Shown piece after piece: positions 55,560 through 64,000 of a stretch of 64,000 bases of DNA; position 1 is the stretch's first letter; every line of letters begins with the position of its first letter. The position numbers and the translations under genes were made by a program. The notes under the pieces are model-generated. The model ran no database searches. It was not told the origin of the DNA and was given only the letters and a program-made list of their open reading frames with translations. The DNA comes from Octopus vulgaris (taxonomy: Eukaryota), in assembly GCA_951406725.2 (NCBI GenBank), contig OX597824.1, positions 57,164,001-57,228,000 on the forward strand, read 5' to 3'.

Positions 55560-56861
55560 CTTTTATGTATGAATGTGTGTATATATATATATATGGATCT
55601 TTTCTGTTTGGCTGCCTGCCAAACATTCTATTGAAATTGATTTCACATTCAGTTTAATGATTCACTTTTATAGGCTAATTAATGACGTGAAAGTAATTTC
55701 ACTATAAATCAATAAATAAAGAGTTATACTAATAACTGAAGTTTGAATAATTAAATAATTAAAGTTTGAAAATTTTGGTAATTGTAGCCAATCGTAAGCC
55801 ACAGACACAATCATGTCTGTTTCGATAGTAACAAGCGGAACATGAGAACTTTTTTGCCTGTTGCCATAGTAACATTCTTTGAAAAGTCTGCGAGGAAGTA
55901 CATGTTGACAGAAGTTTTTTTGTCATTAAGCATTGAGGTGCTTGTAAGATGTGCTAAAAATAACAACTAAATAAGATTTTTGGATAAATCTTTTGAATAA
56001 AAGTTTATTTGCCAACAACTCGCTCAGAGATTTAAAACTGTTTTCCTCTTTTGAATTAACATAAACATTTATTTACATGAAGGATAATTACCGGAGACAT
56101 AACACGTTTTGTTTACAAATATTGACAACACGTGCTATTTTCAGGATGTTGGCAACAAAATGTGCAGTCACGCACAAAAAAAAAATGATAGCTTCCAAAT
56201 CCTGTACCCAACTGGGTGAAAATGATCAAACTTTAAACCTCAATAACTTTTAAAATGTTCGGTTACAGATACAACTCATCTGGAGGATCTACCTGACTTT
56301 ATTTATTGAAAAAAGACATTTGCACAAGATACTACACAACGGGATCTAAGTCTATAACCATGAAGCGAAGCAATGTGAAACGAACTTCTTAGCTATTCGG
56401 CCATATCTGTGTATCGACCTCAAGGCACTGAGCCATCAAGAAAGATGTGTGTACGTACGTAGTACCTACCTACCTACCTACCTACCTACCTACCTACCTA
56501 CCTACCTAACTACCCACCTACCTACCTACTTTCATACATATATACAAACATACATACAAACGTACAAAGATAATATGTACATACATACGTACATACATAC
56601 GTACATACGTACATACATACGTACATACGTACATACGTACATACATACGTACGTACGTACATACGTACATACATACGTACATACGCACATACATACGTAC
56701 ATACGTACATACATACGTACATACGTACATACATACATACAACGATACACACGTACATATATACGTACATACATACATGCATGCATACATACATGCATAC
56801 ATAGATACATAGATACATACATACATATATAAATACATACATACACGATACACATACAACA

Positions 56862-57005
56862 ACGGTCGGTTGATTGGCAGAACTGTTACCGTCATAATTC
56901 TGTGTTCAAAACACACCGATGTCAACTTTGTTTCATCAATTTGGGGTTGATAAAATAAATGGTCACTCAAGTATTGGGATCGATCTAAACGACTGAGCCC
57001 TTCCC
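56862..57005 (+). mobile_element. SINE family B, degraded
   Basis: tggcagaactgtta ... gtcaactttgtttcatcaatttggggttgataaaataa. Confidence 0.55.
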
Positions 57006-57038
57006 TCCACACACAACACACACACATATACGACTATG

Positions 57039-57074
<36 letters not shown>

Positions 57075-57078
<4 letters not shown>

Positions 57079-57540
57079 TTAGATAAAACTTAGATATGTT
57101 TCGACCAGAGATTGGTCCAGGCCATGTCTAACTTAATAGCACCACCTGATAGGATTATTCGAATCCTGTTTAAGTCAAGTTTTGTTCAAGTAGTAAGTTC
57201 TTGTTGGGTGAGTTGTATCCAGTTTTGTTCAAGTAGTGAGTTCTTGTTGGGTGAGTTGTATCCAATTATGGGTGGCTTGTCTGGTATTCTTTGAAGGAAT
57301 CTATCCAGACTCTGTTTGAAGTTGATGGGATCCTTTTCCTCTTTGATCTCCCTCGGGACAATGTTAAATAGGGCAGGGCCTGTTGAGGAAAAGAAATTAT
57401 GTTGCAGTGTACATGTATGTTGTGATCTTGAATTTGGCAGGGGACGTATAGCCCGTGGTCCAAGTCTCGGATGAACCTTGAAGCTAATGTTTAGGTCGTT
57501 TGGGCAAAGTTGGCGGTATATTTTCCACATCGTACAAATG

Positions 57541-57545
<5 letters not shown>
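57075..57545 (-). mobile_element. CR1/L2-like LINE 3' end
   Basis: NFFSSTGPALFNIVPREIKEEKDPINFKQSLDRFL; tail repeat atctaagttt; an internal ~41-bp tandem duplication at 57181-57263. Confidence 0.8.
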
Positions 57546-57627
<82 letters not shown>

Positions 57628-57918
57628 GTGTGTGTGTTTATATATTTCACTGATACACACACATATAGCAAGGAAATGGCACTTCGTTGTTTTCGACGAT
57701 TAGTCTTCCCATAGTTTGATCAACTGAACTGTCTATGCACTGTGGGTGACGCAGGCAATATGTACACGCATACACAAACATACACATACATATATACAAT
57801 GCGTACACGCATGCATACATACACGCATACATACATATATACATATATACATACATACATACACGCATACATACATACATACATACATACATACATACAT
57901 ACACGCATACATACATAC

Positions 57919-57949
<31 letters not shown>

Positions 57950-59914
57950 CATACATACATGCATAGATACATACATACATACATACATACATACATACAT
58001 ACATACGTACGTACATACATATACTATATACGATGGCCAGTGATCAATTTCCATCTACTCGGTTTTTACTCGAAGCTGTTGATCAACCTGAGGCTAGAGT
58101 ACAGAAACATTTTCTTAAAAAGATGTACACTGGGATTGAATCAGTAACCACTTGAACTCCTTACGCATATGTAAATTTTCTGAGCAATGCTACTCAGTTG
58201 AAAGGAAGGACATAACAACAGTAGAAACAATATCGATATCTTTACCACCACCACCACCACCACCACCACCACCAATATCACCACCACCACCACCACCACC
58301 ACCACCAACAGTGACATAGGTATACATATATAATGGTTGTAGTGGGGAGGTCATTTACGTTAGAATGATATCGATATGCATTAAAACAATGAAATTTCTT
58401 CATTTTTGCTGCTATTATAGTCCTGCAAATGTGGCTACGTGATGACTCTGGAAATATGATAGTATTGTGAATTTCCGGTATATAGTACATAGATGTGCCT
58501 CATGTTGTGTTCAGACCAACCGACAAGCCTACCAGCCGACCGGCCGACCGCACCCCGAGCTTCGATTTCCTGCCGTACTTCAAATCACTCTGTATCATGT
58601 ATCACTCGTTCGAACCCAACACCTGGATTTTTTTGTTCCACCCGAGGAAATATTTCTTTATGATGTTATTTGCTCATTGAAATTGCAATGGCCTACATTT
58701 TCATTATTTTTTGAAATGGCAGGGATTAGTAGAATCGTTAGAACAACGGACAAACAGCCTAGTTGCATTTACATCCTGAGTTCTGATCTCACCACAGTCA
58801 ACATCCATCCGAAGGAAGGTGGAATTGTTCACTTTATATAGCAGTTCTGAACAATAGTGCAAGTTCCCTGCATTTCTGACGGTGACTTTGTAAATGAATA
58901 TCTGTAACTAGAGGTAGAACAAATATCGTGAGGAACTTCGTAAAGCAGAGTTTTTACATTCTTCTCGTCTGTTTAGATAATACGGTGATATACATCAGCG
59001 AAAGATATACGCAGCCATACATATATATTCACATACATACAACGTAGCAGTAGAGGTTGAGAGAAATGATTCAGCTGGGCGGTAGGGTGACTGCTGGCAT
59101 AATAGCTGCTTCTGTGTTGCTGGAGGCAGCATCAAAGAGCAAAGCATCTCTTGTGTTTCAGTGTACTGATGTGGTGTCGGTGGGGGTCGTTGAATGATAT
59201 CATTAGAGCAGATGAAATCTCCACGAAGCGTTTGGGTAAGTGGTCAAGACCGTTTACAATTATGAGGTCTCCGTTTCGAACTTATTCTGTGGCACTTTGA
59301 GGATGTGCCTTCTTCCATAGCCTGAGACGGATCAACACCTTATAAGTAAAAAACAATAGATGACAACTGTGGGGTCACCTGTCTCCCCCTTCCCTCATAT
59401 ATATATATATATTATAAAATGTCAGGGTACAATATGCACCTGTTTGGTAGAAAGAAGAGTGAAAACTCTCTAAACTTATTTGAATTTTGAATTTACATTT
59501 GCTCGCTATTGTTCGTTTGGAAGTCGTGGGGCCTTCAGCTGAACAGACGCGCACAGAGTGGTAAATGTATTTTAAGAATAGTTTATGTAGTAATCCTAGC
59601 TGATGAGCTTTAAGTGTCATTTGGCACAGAAAGTGAAATGAATTGATAGCGGGATATCTGCTCTTCTCTTTGTGGTTTTACAAATGGAGACGACTGTTTT
59701 TTTTAAATATATTTGCTACATTCTCCGTGCGTGTTTACATATAGTGAGGGATGTGTGGTAAATAGGTGCATATTGTGCCCGGACTTAATAATATATATTT
59801 TGCCTATTTTGGTTATGTTTGCTGCCACCTTATCATTACATTTTTAAAGATAATGATAACTTATTTGAATTTGTGTGTGTGTATACATACACACACATAT
59901 ATATATTTATTTAT

Positions 59915-60218
59915 TTATGCGCCCTTTTCAATTCTAGCCAGGCTCATGGGTCCGGTTTCCCGGTTTCTATGGCGTATGTGTTTACCCCAGCTGGACGGGA
60001 CGCCAGTCCATCGCAGCGTTACTCAAGAAACAAGAAGAAAGAGTGAGAGAAAGTTGGGGCGAAAGAGTACAACAGGGGTCGCCACCACCCCCTGCCGGAG
60101 CCTCGTGGAGCTTTAGGTGTTTTGCTCAATAAACACACACAACGCCCGGTCAGAGAATCGAAACCGCAATCCTCCGACTGCGAGTCCGCTGCATAACCAC
60201 TGGGCCATTGCACCTCCA
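59915..60218 (-). mobile_element. SINE family C head with an alternative 3' domain
   Basis: 60035-60218 matches family C, while 59915-60030 differs from the other copies. Confidence 0.8.
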
Positions 60219-60232
60219 CACACATACACACA

Positions 60233-60319
<87 letters not shown>

Positions 60320-60626
60320 GTGTATATATATGTATGTATACACACACTCGTGTGTGTGTGCACACATGAAAAAAGGTGTACCCAACGATGAGAAAATTAA
60401 TAAGCCCCTGGGTCGAACAAAAATAGCTGTGGCATTTATTCAGCCAAAGTTGAACACATATTTAGACATCTGTGCTGCTGTCACTAATGGAGTGATAAAT
60501 GATTAGCTCTTTAACAACCTATATCTAGCGATATTATTGATCACAAATTGAATGATACAAAAACAATTATTTTTATGTTATAATCAGATAAGCGGCAAGC
60601 AAAAGTCAATTCTACACACATACATA

Positions 60627-61140
60627 CGTTGTCTGATCAATAAGTATCTGGATTGTTGCCATAGTAAATGAAGCTAAAGCACGCAAAGTAAAGCCACTTG
60701 GTGCAGATTGACATTGGACTCTGCCATGGATGCTCACTGAGTTTTAACGTTCTAGCTCACTTCCGCTATTTACAGCAGTGCTTGGAAGGAAGGTGTGTAG
60801 CGTGTGATCGAAAGCAGTTTTGGCAGACACACGTCTCATACTCAAATCTTCAGTGATGATGGACTGAACTGAACCGTAACTAATCTGCACATCTTCTGAT
60901 AACTTACGGATATGTTATTCGACGATTTCCCTTCACAGCTGCACGCACATTTGCGATGTTTTTCTCAGTTCTGCTGGTTGCAGGTCTCGCAGAACGTTCA
61001 TCCCTATCGACATTTTTTCGACCACCTTGGAAACGTCTGAACCACTCATTCGCTCCAAGCAAATTTTCAGGCTCAATGCATACCGTTGGACCTATTCGAG
61101 TAGTAAAACGTGAAGAAGTTTGATGCAAAGAGTGGAACGA
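60627..61140. mobile_element. Mariner (same family as 54685): left TIR plus an inverted transposase segment
   Basis: TA|CGTTGTCTGATCAATAAGTATCTGG TIR; minus strand EWFRRFQGGRKNVDRDERSARP. Confidence 0.8.
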
Positions 61141-61187
61141 GAAAAAAGAAAAGAAGAAAACCAAAATCTATCTCTGCCTCCTTTGTC

Positions 61188-61264
<77 letters not shown>

Positions 61265-61799
61265 TCAAATGAATATGGTACTTAAGTTGAGGCACAAGAA
61301 TTTACTACGGTATTATCCATACAATTTCAAAATAACGTGATTAAAATCAAAATAAACAAGGATATCCAGAGGTAATGCAGTACGATCATTTCATGCAACT
61401 CCATTTAATTGAACAATGCCTTCATTACATCAGTTTAAAATGCAGAGCAATCCTCAGCTGCACAAAGACATAGAGTTTAATTAAATTTAAACAGATGGAT
61501 ACATTGATATAATTATACCTAAAATCTCCAAGAAGTTAAGGAGATAGACAAAGAACATGCTGCCTTCACTCAGGCATAGAAGCTACTAAGGTATCAAGAA
61601 GATATACATTGTTACAGACTCTGCTTGTCACTGATTTTTTGTTTTTATGGGGTCAATTTTTAATTTATAGACTAGTTTATCAAATTCTTGTATATCTTAG
61701 TCTGAGAGAACAAAGGGGCAGTATCTGTTAGGGGAAGGGCTAAGGGAGCAGACAGAAATCATAGTTGGTATAATTATAAAAATCAAGATTTATTAGAAG

Positions 61800-63172
61800 G
61801 AATATCATAAGGTTTGGTAAAGGAAAACTTAAAACAAGATGTTAGCTGATAATTAAGGGGGTCGTCCACTACCAGACCATTGATAATGAAACGGGAAATT
61901 TTATCATGTATACTATAGTTAAAATATTTTAAACAATGTTGCTATATTGTATACAGTTAAAGTTTAGGGTTATTCAGAGAATTATTAAGAAGAATATTAT
62001 AACAAAAGGATAGAAATGTTTGAATACTTTTGAGTATATACCAAACTTTTACCACAATAGAGGGAGGAAAAGAAATTATCCAGAAATAGTTTCATATTTA
62101 TACATATTATACACTTAAATACTAGCTCATTAGATGGTATCTGTGAATATTGATTAATTGGTATATACCGGTATTAATAATGGAGTATTGAGGTAAAAGG
62201 ACATGCTAATTATATATTAATAAAATTATAATCTAAGCAGTTTTTTAAAAATAAGTAGTGAATATACCAATATAGTTTCATATAAGCTAAGTATGAACTT
62301 ATAGAGGTACAAAAATTAGATTAATTTTCTAAATAAATAATGGCTAATTATAAAATAATCAAGTAGGGCAGAACACCATAGAAAAGGAATAGAAAAAGCT
62401 TAATCTCTAAAACCATGATAAAGTATATGTAGCTTTTTAACACCAATAGAGAAGATTTATAGAAAATATAATAATAATTCAAAATATATTAGACTAAAAA
62501 TTATATATTTACTTATTTAGCTAATATCAATAAAAGATTGATGTCTGGTATCAGCTAAAGGAATATTTAAGTTATGGAACATTCATATTTTACACTAATT
62601 TTTTTAAAACTAAGAGTTATATTGTAGGTTTAAGAAGTTATTGTTACTCCCTACATGATATTTATAGTTTCTTAGTGGTATTGTTTAGAAGAATTATTTA
62701 TATAAAGGCCCTTATAAATACTAAGATCAGGAGGGTAGAGCCATTTAAGAAAGGGATAAATCAAGTAATTTTTAAAGATCATTTCAGACAATATTGCCTT
62801 ATAGTATAAAGTTAAAATTTAGGGTAATCAAGAAGATTATTAAGAATGAAAATTTTAACAAAAGGATACCACTTCTTTGAATATTTCGAGTGTATACCAA
62901 GTTTTACCACAAAGAGGAAAAGAAAATTACAAAGAAATAGTTTAATATTTTTTTACTTGTTATTTATCTAAATATTAACTTATTAGATGGTTTCTATGGA
63001 GATTGATCAATTGGATTTAACTGGTATTTAATGAAGGAGCACTGAGGTTAAAGAACATGTCAACTATATACTGATTTAATTAAACTGAATTATTTTAAGT
63101 TGTGGAGATACCAGTATTATCTTATATAAGCTGAGTATGAATTAATAGGGACACAAGGATTAGATTTATTTA
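61800..63172. repeat. Diverged direct duplication with a period of about 855 bp
   Basis: 61955-62322 aligns colinearly with 62810-63165. Confidence 0.75.
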
Positions 63173-63269
63173 AGAGTAATAATAGTAGTAGTAGTAGTAG
63201 CAGCAATAATAATAATAATAATAATCATAATCATAATAATAATAATGATAATAATAATAATAATAACTA

Positions 63270-64000
63270 GATAATAACATGAACTAGATAAGACACAACA
63301 CAAACAAATGAAAGAGAAAATAAAAAAAGAATATTATAGACGAGTTAGATCAATACTAAACACAGAGCTCAATGCTAAAAACAAGATAATAGGTATCAAC
63401 ACTTTAGCTGTCCCAGTTATAAGTTACAGCTACAATATCCTTAACTGGACACGAAATGAACTGACCAAAATAGATAGGAAAACAAGAAAAATAATGACAG
63501 GATCTAGGATGCATCACCCAAAATCTGACATAGAAAGACTATATATACAACGTATAGAAGGTGGTAGAGGCCTTATACAGCTGGAAAACTACTATAAAAT
63601 AACCACCATAGGACTGCAAAAATATCTACTTCAGAAGGAAGGAAAATTGATCCAGATAGCGGCAAAACACGAGCAAAACAAAAAACTGTTCTCAGTATTT
63701 AAGGAAGCTGACAAATACAAACAAGAAATCATACCACCTAATAAACATGAAGAAGAAGAAGAAGATGAAGAAACAACAAAAGCTATAAAACAAATGAAAT
63801 CCAAACTAAAAATAGAACAGCAACGAACCATGATAAAACGATGGCAAGAAAAGCCCCTTCATGGTAAATACTGCACTAAACTAAACGCAAAAGAAATAGA
63901 CAAAGAAAAATCCCAGCAATGGTTGAGAAGCTCAGGACTCAAAGCAGAAACAGAGGGATTTTTAATTGCAGCACAAGACCAAAGCCTCCCCACCAGAAAT
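63270..64000 (+). mobile_element. Dong/R4-clade LINE, 5'-truncated, with an open ORF to the window end
   Basis: From ATG 63308, 231 stop-free codons: MKEKIKKEYYRRVRSILNTELNAKNK...MHHPKSDIERLY...LKAETEGFLIAAQDQSLPTRN; preceded by (AAT)n. Confidence 0.9.

Overview
Eukaryotic, AT-rich, repeat-saturated DNA. It is inferred to be coleoid cephalopod (Octopus-like) from the tRNA-derived SINE families and the extreme microsatellite load. No intact host protein-coding gene, rRNA, tRNA or CRISPR array is supportable, and most ORFs in the track are microsatellite artefacts. Recognisable content: three tRNA-derived SINE families in more than 20 copies; decayed LINEs (Tx1/L1-like, RTE, CR1/L2-like, and three Dong/R4-like copies next to (AAT)n tracts, one with an open ORF running off the window end); three Penelope-like element (PLE) fragments; several Tc1/mariner, pogo and hAT remnants or MITEs; and a non-autonomous Helitron. 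The most interesting signal is a set of short, non-coding, often foldback elements in or next to dinucleotide (mostly (TA)n) tracts that carry type I hammerhead-ribozyme (HHR) folds, some with a U3-A8 covariant core. One of these families is also the 3' end of a coding Penelope in this window. All alignments and folds were done by eye, so boundaries are approximate.
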